From the IMG/VR virus record IMGVR_UViG_3300037311_000053, positions 1 to 59,765 of that record: DNA of 59,765 bases. One strand, written 5' to 3'. A program made the position numbers and the translations under genes. Positions 25,229 through 34,520 of this stretch are shown one piece after another. Below the pieces are notes generated by a model. The model did no database searches and was not told the origin of the DNA. It worked only from the letters and a program-made list of their open reading frames with translations. How positions within the stretch are numbered: position 1 is the stretch's first letter; every line of letters starts with the position of its first letter. Source of the DNA: a virus. Lineage: Duplodnaviria > Caudoviricetes.

Positions 25229-26422
25229 TCAATAGTAGGGGAACATCAACGAGAGCGTCTTCTCGGCGGCATCCACATACATTTCCAGATTGCGGGTCAC
25301 GAAGTCACCGCTGGGGTCCGCCTCAGAGAAGCCAAGGCGGCCATCGGTGATGCCGAAACTGATTGTTCGACCCGTAACGCTGCCAAACTGAGCCCACGCG
25401 CCATGATAGCCCTGAGCGGTCGCCAGCGCGTTGTAATCTTGCACCGAGAGCAAGACTTCGTTGATGTTGAACGATGCCGTTCGCCGCGTTTCAAGGATCT
25501 GGGTTGCCTCGCCACCCGAAAGGTTATTCGGGCAAGGGGCGTTACCAGACCGGATGCCCATGTCGACGGTCATGGAGCTACCGCAGACCTTCTTGTTGGA
25601 AATCCAGAAGTCGCCATCGCGGAAAGGTACGGCGCCACCGCTGATTGCGACAACAGGAGCCGTTTCGTCCAATTCCGGTGTGGTCGGATGTACGTCACCA
25701 GTGATCGTAACCGAGATGAAGCAGTTGGCCGTATCGCCGCGGTTGGTAGCAGGGAAGTTAAAGGTCAGCGAGCTAATGGTGCCATTGACCATCTTGTAAC
25801 GCTTCTTGTCCAGCCACCAATCGACCGACAGGTACAGTTCGGGTGCGCTCGCATTGTAGCGATAGCCCAAGAAGGCAGGGATCGAGAAGTTGCCGGTAGG
25901 AGCCGATGCGAATGTTTCCATCAGCAGCGCATTCTTCGACGAACCTACATAATCGCGGATCATGGTGATACCCTTCACGCCTGCACCCGTGCTCGACAAG
26001 ATAAGCGGAAAACCGTTGTAGAAGTCATCGACAGCCGATGCGCCGGCATTGAGAACGGCCATCGAAGTTGTGCTACCGACGCCCAAGGCGGTCGATGCGA
26101 TCAATGGGGTAGCCTGCACAACTTCCGCAAAGCGAGCGGCGCGCAAGATGCGGCCAAGGATGTAGGCATCCGCAGCGGGGGGAGAAGCGCCACCTGGCCC
26201 CTTCAACAGAACATTGAAAGATACCGAGCGGTCACGACCGACCACAGAGTCACCAGCGCGATCAACGGTGCCAGTATATTCGGGGTTGGCGAGCGTGAAA
26301 TTCTGACCGCCAGGGCGAATATCGTAGCAGGTCAGAGCGTCCGAAGTGTTTACGGTTGCGGGAACATCAACCGCAGACTGGACAACGACCGCCAATGCAG
26401 CCGCGTTCGTAATAAAAGCCAT
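25229..26422 (-). CDS. Major tail tube protein
   Basis: 397 aa, beta-rich, after the tail terminator; likely carries an inserted domain. Confidence 0.8.
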   Translation of the reverse strand: MAFITNAAALAVVVQSAVDVPATVNTSDALTCYDIRPGGQNFTLANPEYTGTVDRAGDSVVGRDRSVSFNVLLKGPGGASPPAADAYILGRILRAARFAEVVQATPLIASTALGVGSTTSMAVLNAGASAVDDFYNGFPLILSSTGAGVKGITMIRDYVGSSKNALLMETFASAPTGNFSIPAFLGYRYNASAPELYLSVDWWLDKKRYKMVNGTISSLTFNFPATNRGDTANCFISVTITGDVHPTTPELDETAPVVAISGGAVPFRDGDFWISNKKVCGSSMTVDMGIRSGNAPCPNNLSGGEATQILETRRTASFNINEVLLSVQDYNALATAQGYHGAWAQFGSVTGRTISFGITDGRLGFSEADPSGDFVTRNLEMYVDAAEKTLSLMFPYY

Positions 26423-26427
26423 ATCAA

Positions 26428-26592
26428 TTACTCCGTTTCAGAGACGTTTTTGTCAGGCTCGGCGGACTTGGCAGGAGCCTTTTTGCTTTCACCAGAGGTT
26501 GCGGCTTGCTGTTCGGACAGGTCCGTAATGCAGCCATATTCGGGGGTATTCACGGGCACGTCTTCAGCGCCCGACGAGTTCTCGTCAGCCAT
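26428..26592 (-). CDS. 54-aa acidic hypothetical protein (not in ORF track)
   Basis: AAGGAAG RBS; MADENSSGAEDVPVNTPEYGC...ETE. Confidence 0.55.
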   Translation of the reverse strand: MADENSSGAEDVPVNTPEYGCITDLSEQQAATSGESKKAPAKSAEPDKNVSETE

Positions 26593-26613
26593 CGTTCTTC
26601 CTTTTCGATGAAG

Positions 26614-27051
26614 TTAATAAACCAAAGTGTTCCAGTCGCCCTTGGACGTCACATATTGGACGCGAAGGTCGAGGGTCATGCACCCGATGTCATTCCCCAT
26701 GTCCTCGACATTGGAAACAGCAAGCGGAGTTACCTGAGTGAATTTAGCGCCAAAGGTATAATCGGCATGAATAACCGCAGCGATCTCAGATGCTTGTCGG
26801 GTTGCGGCCGCGAAGGCAGTTTCGCCGGTCTTCAATTTGCCCCAGCAAGAACAGCGCACCGTGGCATCCCACAGATATTCGTCACAGATGGTCGGTGTCG
26901 ACAGTTCTGCGCCACCCCAATTCAGATCCACACAATCGACATCGGCTTCCTGCAATATCTCATCGGTATCGCGCATTATGGTGACGGTCATACCATCTGC
27001 CACGAGAGCGGACTGGATGACGGTGAGAACCTGCTCGATTGCGCTGGGCAT
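26614..27051 (-). CDS. Tail terminator-like protein
   Basis: Acidic ~145 aa upstream of the tail tube; TAATG coupling. Confidence 0.7.
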   Translation of the reverse strand: MPSAIEQVLTVIQSALVADGMTVTIMRDTDEILQEADVDCVDLNWGGAELSTPTICDEYLWDATVRCSCWGKLKTGETAFAAATRQASEIAAVIHADYTFGAKFTQVTPLAVSNVEDMGNDIGCMTLDLRVQYVTSKGDWNTLVY

Positions 27052-27389
27052 TATGCGGCCACCTGCTTGACGTTGAACAACCAATGGTCGCCCGTATCAT
27101 CGGACTGGACATTGACCGGAGCGAATAGCTTTCCGGCAATGCGGGGAAGACGAATGCGATCACCCGATGCTGGCCGTGTGGCCAAGTCGGTCTTTACAAT
27201 CATCAATTCAATTTGCTGCTCAATCGCAGCACTAAAGCCGGTCGATATGTTCCCGTCCTCATAGTTGCCCTGCACATAGACGATGCGCCATGCGCGCCCC
27301 GCTGGCTGGTATTCGATCGCATGGGCGAGCCGGTCCCTGCATTGAGCGTTCATAATCGGCTCCATGTCGGACAAGCGGGGGGGGCTCAT
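27051..27389 (-). CDS. Head-tail joining protein (gpFII-like)
   Basis: RPASGDRI...VQSDDTGDHWL pattern and position. Confidence 0.7.
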   Translation of the reverse strand: MSPPRLSDMEPIMNAQCRDRLAHAIEYQPAGRAWRIVYVQGNYEDGNISTGFSAAIEQQIELMIVKTDLATRPASGDRIRLPRIAGKLFAPVNVQSDDTGDHWLFNVKQVAA

Positions 27390-27694
27390 TGGGGCTTTGT
27401 GTTTGCTTTGGCCTTGAGCCAGTCATAAGCATCGGTGATGATCTTTGGCCCAATGAAGCCGATTGCACCGAGGGCGGACCCCAAGAGCGGTCCAGAAATG
27501 CCGTAGTGCTTCAAAACGCCATAGGATATGCCGCCCAATAATGAGGACGACAAAACTCCGAACAGCGTTTCCATAGACCAAAACTTTCCTTGCCCTTGTG
27601 AAGCACGGTGAAATGCACCCATAAGTCCTCCAATCGCAGCCATCGCGGGCACCCATGCCCATTCGACAACCCAATCCGGCAACCATTCCGTCAT
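27386..27694 (-). CDS. Holin-like three-TM protein inside the head module
   Basis: AAIGGL...SSLLGGI...ALGAIGFIG (LydA-like pattern). Confidence 0.7.
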   Translation of the reverse strand: MTEWLPDWVVEWAWVPAMAAIGGLMGAFHRASQGQGKFWSMETLFGVLSSSLLGGISYGVLKHYGISGPLLGSALGAIGFIGPKIITDAYDWLKAKANTKPQ

Positions 27695-27802
27695 ATTAAA
27701 CCCTCATTATTGGAAAGTGGCTGTCGCGTAAGCAACCCTACCGGACACTGGACTGCTCCAATGTCGGGTAGGGTAGGGGCCGAAGCCCCTAGCCCTTTTT
27801 GA

Positions 27803-28012
27803 TTATGGTGCGACTGTCTCGCCGGTTTCTTCGGCCTCAGGGGCTTCGGCAACTTCCGATGCCTTGCCCTTGCCTTTTACGGCAACAGCCTTGCCGGAAG
27901 CGATTTCAGTTTCAGCAAGAGCATCGCTCAATTCGCCCGTCTCACCTGCGTTGATTACAACCATTTGGCCGCCGTCAAATGCAATGATCGTGGAAGTAGC
28001 TTTGACTTTCAT
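27803..28012 (-). CDS. Small capsid-associated protein
   Basis: Directly after the major capsid gene; GGAAGG RBS. Confidence 0.65.
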   Translation of the reverse strand: MKVKATSTIIAFDGGQMVVINAGETGELSDALAETEIASGKAVAVKGKGKASEVAEAPEAEETGETVAP

Positions 28013-28030
28013 CTTCAATTCCTTCCAGAA

Positions 28031-29050
28031 TTAGGTGTTACGGCCGCGAAGCAATACTTCGGGGCGGGTGCAGATATGCAGCGGATAAGCATACACTTCA
28101 GGCTGAACCCACATATTCCGATCATTGTCACGAACGAGCATCGAGTAGATGTCACGACCGATGGTGTTGACCGTTTCAAAGGTTTCGCCAGGTCCATTGA
28201 TACGGCGGAACAGACCAGGGACACCCTGAACGATGAATTTCACCTGACCGACACCGATTGCAACAGTGCTGTTGTCGTCGGTCCCCTGATAGTTCACCCA
28301 ATCAATTTCACCCCAACGGAAAGTCGAGAACACTTCGCCAGCACGAAGCGAAGCTGCTTCCGACCAGTTAAGGTAGGATTTTTCAACTTCGGAGTGAGAT
28401 GTGAATTGATCGAAGAACGTATCACCGCAAAGCGCGATGATGCGAATGCCAGGAGCAGCCTCGCCAAGAGCGCGGATAATGGTCCGCTTCACGCTCTTAA
28501 CCAAAGCCATCAACGCGCCGCGATCAGGAGCGGCATTGTCGAGGTCGAAGTCGATTTCCGCAGGCTGCGAAATACCAAATTCGGTGAAATAGTTGTAAAG
28601 GACAGAGCTATCCGAATCCAGCAAGATGCCCTGAATTGCGCCAAGGCGGTGATATTCGAGGGTCAATGCAACCTTGCGGAGCATCTTGGCTTGCTTCTGA
28701 GCTACCTTCTGCACCACCGTTTCCAGTTCGCTTTCGGTGCCAAAGGCGCGGATGCCCTGAATTTCAGAAGCGAACAATTGATCGCTGTCTGCGATGCGGG
28801 GAATATTGAAGTTCCGCATGGTGCGCTTGTCAGTGGTTCCCATGCCCGGAGCGGTACCGCGAGCGCTGGTTTTGATAAGCTGCAGGGTTTGACCAACTTG
28901 CTCAATGCTGGCGATGTTGGTTTCGATGCCCTCGCTCTCAAAAATACCAAGGCTCCCCAAAAACGAGGGAACGGTCGGCATTTTTTCAACGGCGCGCGTC
29001 ATAGAAACGAGGCTGAAAGCGTCGTTATTGAAAATGTCCATGTGTGCCAT
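28031..29050 (-). CDS. Major capsid protein (lambda gpE-like family)
   Basis: MDIFNNDAFSLVSMT...IRAFG...TLEYHRLGAIQG...PLHICTRPEVL. Confidence 0.93.
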   Translation of the reverse strand: MAHMDIFNNDAFSLVSMTRAVEKMPTVPSFLGSLGIFESEGIETNIASIEQVGQTLQLIKTSARGTAPGMGTTDKRTMRNFNIPRIADSDQLFASEIQGIRAFGTESELETVVQKVAQKQAKMLRKVALTLEYHRLGAIQGILLDSDSSVLYNYFTEFGISQPAEIDFDLDNAAPDRGALMALVKSVKRTIIRALGEAAPGIRIIALCGDTFFDQFTSHSEVEKSYLNWSEAASLRAGEVFSTFRWGEIDWVNYQGTDDNSTVAIGVGQVKFIVQGVPGLFRRINGPGETFETVNTIGRDIYSMLVRDNDRNMWVQPEVYAYPLHICTRPEVLLRGRNT

Positions 29051-29074
29051 GTAATTAATCCTTATTCTAAAGCT

Positions 29075-29446
29075 TTAGAGAACCTTGATGCCAAGGGCCA
29101 AAAGCTGGGCGATTGCAGTTGCTTTCTGAGGGCCGGTGATGCCACCAGGCCATACGAGATCATTGCCGTTGACCATCATTGGGCCGCGCCGAGCCACGAC
29201 GCAGGCTTTGTCGCCAGAGGTCGCATTAACCGCATCATACATGATGCCAGCGGCGTTCTGCGAGCCATCGGCTGCAGCCGGAGCAAGGATGGTGAATTTC
29301 GATGATGCAGTAATCAGGCCCACAACCGTTGCGGCCGCAAGGTTCTGGCCAGAGATAAGGGTGCCGGCGTCATTGTGGTAGCCATCGCCAAGGGCGCGTT
29401 CACCAATAAACTCCCCAGCGTGCTTGCCTTCGGTAAGAGTTGCCAT
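29075..29446 (-). CDS. Head decoration protein
   Basis: TLTEGKHAGEFI...ADGSQNAAGI...LLALGIKV. Confidence 0.88.
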   Translation of the reverse strand: MATLTEGKHAGEFIGERALGDGYHNDAGTLISGQNLAAATVVGLITASSKFTILAPAAADGSQNAAGIMYDAVNATSGDKACVVARRGPMMVNGNDLVWPGGITGPQKATAIAQLLALGIKVL

Positions 29447-29464
29447 GTCAAATTCCTTTCAAAG

Positions 29465-29977
29465 TTACTTGGAGTTCGGGAAAACGCGGGCGATCGCTTG
29501 ATCCCAGACTTGAGCAGACGTTTGGCTTGCGTCCTTTTTGCTTTCGTCGCCATCTTCCAATTTCGAGTTGCCGCTATCCTGAGCCGCAAGCATTGCTTTG
29601 CGAGCGCCTTCTTCTTCGGCTTCCTTCTTTTCCTCATCCGTAAGGCCGGTTTTTTCTACCTTCGGAGTGTCCGCCAAGACATCAATGATGTCGGCAGAGG
29701 TCATGTCTTTGCCGAGCAGTTTATGCGCGGTTGCTTCACGGCCTTCATAATGCTCACTTGCCAAGACTGCTTGGAAGCGGTCGTTAGCAGCGGCGAAACC
29801 AGCTTTGTATTCGGCGGTCTGTTCGACCGGAGTTTCATCAGCCATTGGCTTGTCCTTTTTCTTTGTGCCTTCCTCGCGGTCGGCGTTGCAATCATCTTCC
29901 TCGTCCTGATCTGGACGGGTCGGATCTTTGGGGAGGTCGGCGCTCAAGCGCTCCGACAGGTTGGCGAAACGGCTCAT
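29465..29977 (-). CDS. Scaffold-like protein (Nu3-like)
   Basis: Acidic and helical; between protease and decoration genes. Confidence 0.7.
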   Translation of the reverse strand: MSRFANLSERLSADLPKDPTRPDQDEEDDCNADREEGTKKKDKPMADETPVEQTAEYKAGFAAANDRFQAVLASEHYEGREATAHKLLGKDMTSADIIDVLADTPKVEKTGLTDEEKKEAEEEGARKAMLAAQDSGNSKLEDGDESKKDASQTSAQVWDQAIARVFPNSK

Positions 29978-30912
29978 GGCCGCAGTCTCCTTTCTCTTTT
30001 GATGCGGTCGGTTTCTTCTTCGAGACGGGACCATGCCTCGCGCTCGGAGATCACAGCGTCCATCAGGCCAAGGCTGACAGCCTCCTTGCCCTCGAACCAA
30101 TCGGCTTCGGTTTCCAGAACAGCATCAACCGGCATGTTGCGGCCGATACTGACAAGGTTGGCGAAGCGTTTGCGGACATCATCGACACTGGCCTGCAATT
30201 TGGCCGCTGTCGTTTCGTCCAAACCTTCGTATGGGTTGCCGCGCATCTTGCGCTCGCCGGAGCGGATTACGGTCACATCAATACCGTCTTCTTCCAGCGC
30301 ACGATTGATGCTGGTGTGAACCACGACGCAGCCAATTGAGCCGACCATCGCGTCCTCTGGCCCGTAAATCTTATCGCAAACCGAGGCGATCGCATAAGCC
30401 GCGCTGCAAGCCTGCTCATTGACCCAAGCATAGATGGGCTTGCCGCCCTCTCCTTGGGTCATCTGGGCAAGTTCTTCCACAAATGAAAAGAGGCCCGAAA
30501 CGGCCCCTCCTGGACTATCGATGTCCAACCAGATGCCTAAGACATCTGGGTCGCGGTATGCGTCCGTCAATTGCCGCAAGAGCATGTTGTAGCCACAAAA
30601 TCCGCTCATTGCATCGAGATAACCTGCTTTATGTACGAGCGTGCCTTCAACGCGGATGACAGCGATGTCTCCATCCATCGAATAAGCCTTGCTGCTCTCG
30701 CGGTCATACTTTGCATCACGGGCCAGCGCAGACCGTTCCAGCATGGCATTGGCATCCAATGTCACAGCATCAATCGTCTTCATTGAAACGATGCCTAGTT
30801 TTGCCTGTAGCGCGCAAAGCAAGACTTCCATCTTGTGAGGATGGATTGCGACCGGCCTGTTTAAAAGTTGCTGGGCGATATTGGGAAAGCCTTGTGGGCG
30901 AAAATTGCTCAT
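29974..30912 (-). CDS. S49-family head maturation protease
   Basis: LDIDSPGG, ACSAAYAIAS, VGSIG. Confidence 0.93.
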   Translation of the reverse strand: MSNFRPQGFPNIAQQLLNRPVAIHPHKMEVLLCALQAKLGIVSMKTIDAVTLDANAMLERSALARDAKYDRESSKAYSMDGDIAVIRVEGTLVHKAGYLDAMSGFCGYNMLLRQLTDAYRDPDVLGIWLDIDSPGGAVSGLFSFVEELAQMTQGEGGKPIYAWVNEQACSAAYAIASVCDKIYGPEDAMVGSIGCVVVHTSINRALEEDGIDVTVIRSGERKMRGNPYEGLDETTAAKLQASVDDVRKRFANLVSIGRNMPVDAVLETEADWFEGKEAVSLGLMDAVISEREAWSRLEEETDRIKRERRLRP

Positions 30913-31484
30913 GCCGCTTTTCTTCCGTGATTAGGATGGAAGCCATATTGGCGCTCGGCTGCTTTTCTTGCCGAAATAGCTCCGTCTTTTGTAGGAAAGA
31001 GGCCCAAGTGCTTTTTGCGCCGATTAATTTTGATGAACGCACACCATTTTGAGCGCGATCCATGCCAGTAAACACCCATGTGTCCGCTAGTATTTTTTGC
31101 GTTCAACTTTTGATTTCGCATATTTTCGGTATCAGAGACTAGTCTAAGATTTCCGATGCGGTTGTTTTGCGGGTCGCCATCAATGTGATCGATGTCTTGG
31201 TTTGGCCATGCCCCATAATGGAGCGCCCATGCCACGCGGTGCGCTTTGTAGCGCAGACCAAGAATATCGCCGTGGCCATAACCGTTAGCTTCGACGCTCG
31301 CCAAAGCAGGGGTTCCCGCATATCGGGCATTCCACTTCCTGCTTGACCAAATCGCGCCCCGTCCATCGTCCGAAAAGTAATGTAATGGTCTTGCGCGCCA
31401 CGTTAGTTTCCCAGTTACAGCATCGTAGCTAATAAGGTCGCGCAGTTGATCAACGGTGATCAAAGGATCACGTATCTTCGCCAT
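30909..31484 (-). CDS. HNH homing endonuclease with AP2-like C-terminus
   Basis: AHRVAW...IDHIDGDPQNNRIGNLR...SGHMGVYW...HLGLF; similar to 8489-9073. Confidence 0.9.
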   Translation of the reverse strand: MAKIRDPLITVDQLRDLISYDAVTGKLTWRARPLHYFSDDGRGAIWSSRKWNARYAGTPALASVEANGYGHGDILGLRYKAHRVAWALHYGAWPNQDIDHIDGDPQNNRIGNLRLVSDTENMRNQKLNAKNTSGHMGVYWHGSRSKWCAFIKINRRKKHLGLFPTKDGAISARKAAERQYGFHPNHGRKAA

Positions 31485-33138
31485 CGCTTGGGCCCCTTTT
31501 CGCTTTACCCTCATTAATTTTCCCGTCGCCGTCACGGTCAGCCTCAGTGCCGCTCCCCTCAGAACCATCTGCTCCGCCTTCTTGGTCTGGCTTGACGTTC
31601 AGATTGGCAGGAGGGAGGCCCTTATCTTGACGAGCACTAATCCAATACATTTCTTCCTGCATCACATCGTCGGGGTCTCGGCCTCTTTCATTAATCAACT
31701 CGACTGTGGAAACACGCCCCGCAGCCGTATCAAGATTGTTGGCATCCGCTTCCTTTTTGGGATCTACAGAACCGCGCGATGGCCCGCACCATTCGCAATT
31801 TGTGATTTCTGTCTTGCGGCGATAGAAATTTGAAGCACCACCTGGCATTTTAATTTCGCCAAGGGCAATCGCTTCCTCAAGCCAAGATGCGTAAACCGGA
31901 CGGCAAAACGCCTGCGTGAACCACTCACGGTCCTGAAGGAACGACCGCCACATTTCGTTAAGCAGCGCACGGGCCGATGAGTAGTTAATGTCAGCCCAAT
32001 TCTGGGAAAGCTGGGGATAGCTAACGCCAATTACACCGGCAATTTTACGGAGAAAGGTTGCCTGAAATACATCGTAGTTCGATCTGGCGCGCGATGCGTT
32101 GCTCGGGACAACTTTCTCACCTGGGAATAGATGGCCTACATCAGAGTTATTCCAGCGAAGCGGGTTTTTGTTACGGTAGTCGACAAGCTCATCATAATAT
32201 CCGTCTGAGATTGCGCTTGCCGAATTTGGTGCGACAGCATCTTGTACTTCTGATGTTGGGGCTGGGCTCTCAATAAAAATTGAAAGCATGGCGTCCTTTA
32301 CCTGAGCCTTGATTTCCTCACGATCTGAGCGATCCAGCATCTTTGCTGGAACCATTGCTTCCACAAGGCGGCTGATACCGCGGCCTTGCTCAATCCGACG
32401 AGGATTGAATACATGAACCACCTTGCTTTTTCCGGTTTTTGTCTGAGCAGAGATGTATTCAAATTCTTCCGCGTCAAAAGAGCGGTGCATGTCGCCGCTG
32501 TGCCGCTTTCGGAAATAATATCCGACCGGAGCATTGTTGCTGTCATATCGGATGCCGTTGCGGACCTGCTTGTCCATTTTGAGCAATGGGGGAGTTTCGA
32601 GGCGTTCGCAGTCGATCAAAAGAAGATTGGTTTGGAAACGGGCTCCACGTTCCGACATGCGGATTTCAGCAGCAACCTCGCCATCACGCACGTAATGCAG
32701 ATAGGCGAGATTGACCAACTTCCCAAAATTCATGCGCTTACGGGCATCGCAGCGGAAGTGAATATCGTTCGCCCAAACCTTAAAGAGAGACTGGGTGGTT
32801 CCCGCCCATCCCATGCGCCACTTATAGTCCTTGCCCAAAAGCGAATACATTGGCTGGGCGCTAAGACGGATGTTATTGCCGATTACAGCTTCGACGCGGC
32901 GATCTAGGCCACCATTTACCCAGCCATTGTTGGCATCCATGTCTTGAGCGCGGGCAGTTATCTTTCTGCCATAACTCTCAATTTCAGTATCGGTATGAGT
33001 GGCACGCGGGTTCCATCCGCGCATCTCAGAGGATTCGTTGCGTCCGCCTTCATATCCCGATTGGCCATAGGCAAAATATGCTTGGTTCCGAGGTATGCTG
33101 CCATCCGTGCGGACGCGAATACGCGGCTTTGTAATCAT
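31468..33138 (-). CDS. Portal protein, lambda family
   Basis: ARAQDMDANNG...RDGE...QGRGIS...NYSSARA...VDPKKE. Confidence 0.93.
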   Translation of the reverse strand: MITKPRIRVRTDGSIPRNQAYFAYGQSGYEGGRNESSEMRGWNPRATHTDTEIESYGRKITARAQDMDANNGWVNGGLDRRVEAVIGNNIRLSAQPMYSLLGKDYKWRMGWAGTTQSLFKVWANDIHFRCDARKRMNFGKLVNLAYLHYVRDGEVAAEIRMSERGARFQTNLLLIDCERLETPPLLKMDKQVRNGIRYDSNNAPVGYYFRKRHSGDMHRSFDAEEFEYISAQTKTGKSKVVHVFNPRRIEQGRGISRLVEAMVPAKMLDRSDREEIKAQVKDAMLSIFIESPAPTSEVQDAVAPNSASAISDGYYDELVDYRNKNPLRWNNSDVGHLFPGEKVVPSNASRARSNYDVFQATFLRKIAGVIGVSYPQLSQNWADINYSSARALLNEMWRSFLQDREWFTQAFCRPVYASWLEEAIALGEIKMPGGASNFYRRKTEITNCEWCGPSRGSVDPKKEADANNLDTAAGRVSTVELINERGRDPDDVMQEEMYWISARQDKGLPPANLNVKPDQEGGADGSEGSGTEADRDGDGKINEGKAKRGPSDGEDT

Positions 33139-33740
33139 GACGCCCATTGCATCCCAATGCGACCGCGAGCCGGCAAACCGCACTCAGCGTTCTTTGCAGC
33201 CTCCAATTCGCGCTGAAGCATATAAATCATGTCATTATAGTCCTTCAGCGAGGGGTTATCGTAGGTCATCCGGTTGCCGTAGCGACCGGACCATGCTTGT
33301 TTGACAGCGCCGCCCGACATGAATGCCAAGCGCGCCGCGCGCACCGCTGCCAGTTCGGCTTGAATATCGGCAATAGCGTCGGGAAGTGTAGGTACGAATG
33401 CTGAACCAACAATATGCTCCTTGACAGTCAAGATTATGTGCGTCTCAATCCGCAGGGGCGGGGTCAGGGACGTGTTCTCAATCTCGATAGCGACGACATA
33501 CTGACCGGCTTCAAGGGTCAGGGTTTCGGTTGGTGTCAGCGCGGCAAGGAAGCGCTTGTTCGCCGTCCCATCATCATCAGGGCCAATGTCCGTTACGGCT
33601 CGGTCGATCAATGTGCCAGCCACCTTTATCTTGCACGTATAGGATGCTGGCAATGTCGGTAGAGTGCCATCGTCCAAAGGCGCAGCTACGCGCCAAGGAC
33701 CAGCAGTATCTCCCTTAAAGATCGATGCTGTTTCGGTCAT
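33135..33740 (-). CDS. gpW-like head-tail adaptor fused to an N-terminal beta-sandwich domain
   Basis: C-terminal ~75 aa (LAAVRAARLAFMSG...MTYD...LQREL...RGRI) in the gpW position before the portal; extra ~115-aa N-terminus starting IFKGDT. Confidence 0.65.
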   Translation of the reverse strand: MTETASIFKGDTAGPWRVAAPLDDGTLPTLPASYTCKIKVAGTLIDRAVTDIGPDDDGTANKRFLAALTPTETLTLEAGQYVVAIEIENTSLTPPLRIETHIILTVKEHIVGSAFVPTLPDAIADIQAELAAVRAARLAFMSGGAVKQAWSGRYGNRMTYDNPSLKDYNDMIYMLQRELEAAKNAECGLPARGRIGMQWAS

Positions 33741-33930
33741 TGATGAGGTCTATCGCCTTCCCTTTAGATTTCACGTTGATGCCCCGTTGGCCGCTCTTGA
33801 CGTCCATCCGAGATGATTTCTTCATGTCGATGCTCTTTGATGCCGGTTGGAGGTCAATCGTCGCTCCCCCTGCAAGGTACGTCACCGTCCCGCTCCCGTT
33901 GCCCTGATAGGCGAATGCGAACCGGAACAT
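33715..33930 (-). CDS. Small hypothetical virion-associated protein
   Basis: TAATG coupling; repeated IDL/IDM units. Confidence 0.55.
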   Translation of the reverse strand: MFRFAFAYQGNGSGTVTYLAGGATIDLQPASKSIDMKKSSRMDVKSGQRGINVKSKGKAIDLINDRNSIDL

Positions 33931-34511
33931 TATTCGGTCAGCGTGACCGGCGTTATCGTCCCGCCTGCCACGTTCTTTTCAAGCAAGACATCGCTTGTGC
34001 CACGCCGTTTCAGGCGGGCGGTCGTTGCTGTCAGTTCTTCATCGGCCTCAGCCAGATCCACAAGGCGAGCAAGGCGCGTTCCCGCTGCCGTGCCGCTCAC
34101 CAGATAGGCCCAGACATCCGCCGCGCTCGCGCCGCTTCCGCCCGATGTTGATATGCCCTGCGTAAGCGAGGACACATTCTGCTTTATGAGAACCTGAAAG
34201 TCGCCAACAGCCGGCAGGAAAACTGGTAGGGCCGCATTCTCACCGTATAAATTGCCGTTGACGACTAACTCGTGATCAAAACTCTCTGGCCTTATTCTCC
34301 AGCCATCGACGTTATTCAAAAAGAAGTATGCGCCAGCGAATACGCCCCCGCCTAAAGGGTCGCCGCCGACCACGCGAAAGGCAGGGGCGTACTGAGCATT
34401 GCCAAGCAATACCCAATCCTTCCAACGCGAATAAATGTCCTGAGCATCAACCTCAGTTTGCCCGCCTCCCATTTGGATGGTCAGCGTGGGGCCATCGAAC
34501 GATATGCTCAA
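33930..34511 (-). CDS. Virion structural protein
   Basis: QDIYSRWKDW...GGDP...FFLNN..GWRIRP. Confidence 0.7.
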   Translation of the reverse strand: MSISFDGPTLTIQMGGGQTEVDAQDIYSRWKDWVLLGNAQYAPAFRVVGGDPLGGGVFAGAYFFLNNVDGWRIRPESFDHELVVNGNLYGENAALPVFLPAVGDFQVLIKQNVSSLTQGISTSGGSGASAADVWAYLVSGTAAGTRLARLVDLAEADEELTATTARLKRRGTSDVLLEKNVAGGTITPVTLTE

Positions 34512-34520
34512 TTACCCCTC

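Noticed and set aside
25163-29305. Long + strand ORFs such as 25163-26611 and 27965-29305 (also 13310-14374, 21039-22049)
   Set aside because: They are antisense shadows of well-supported structural genes, with no motifs or RBS.
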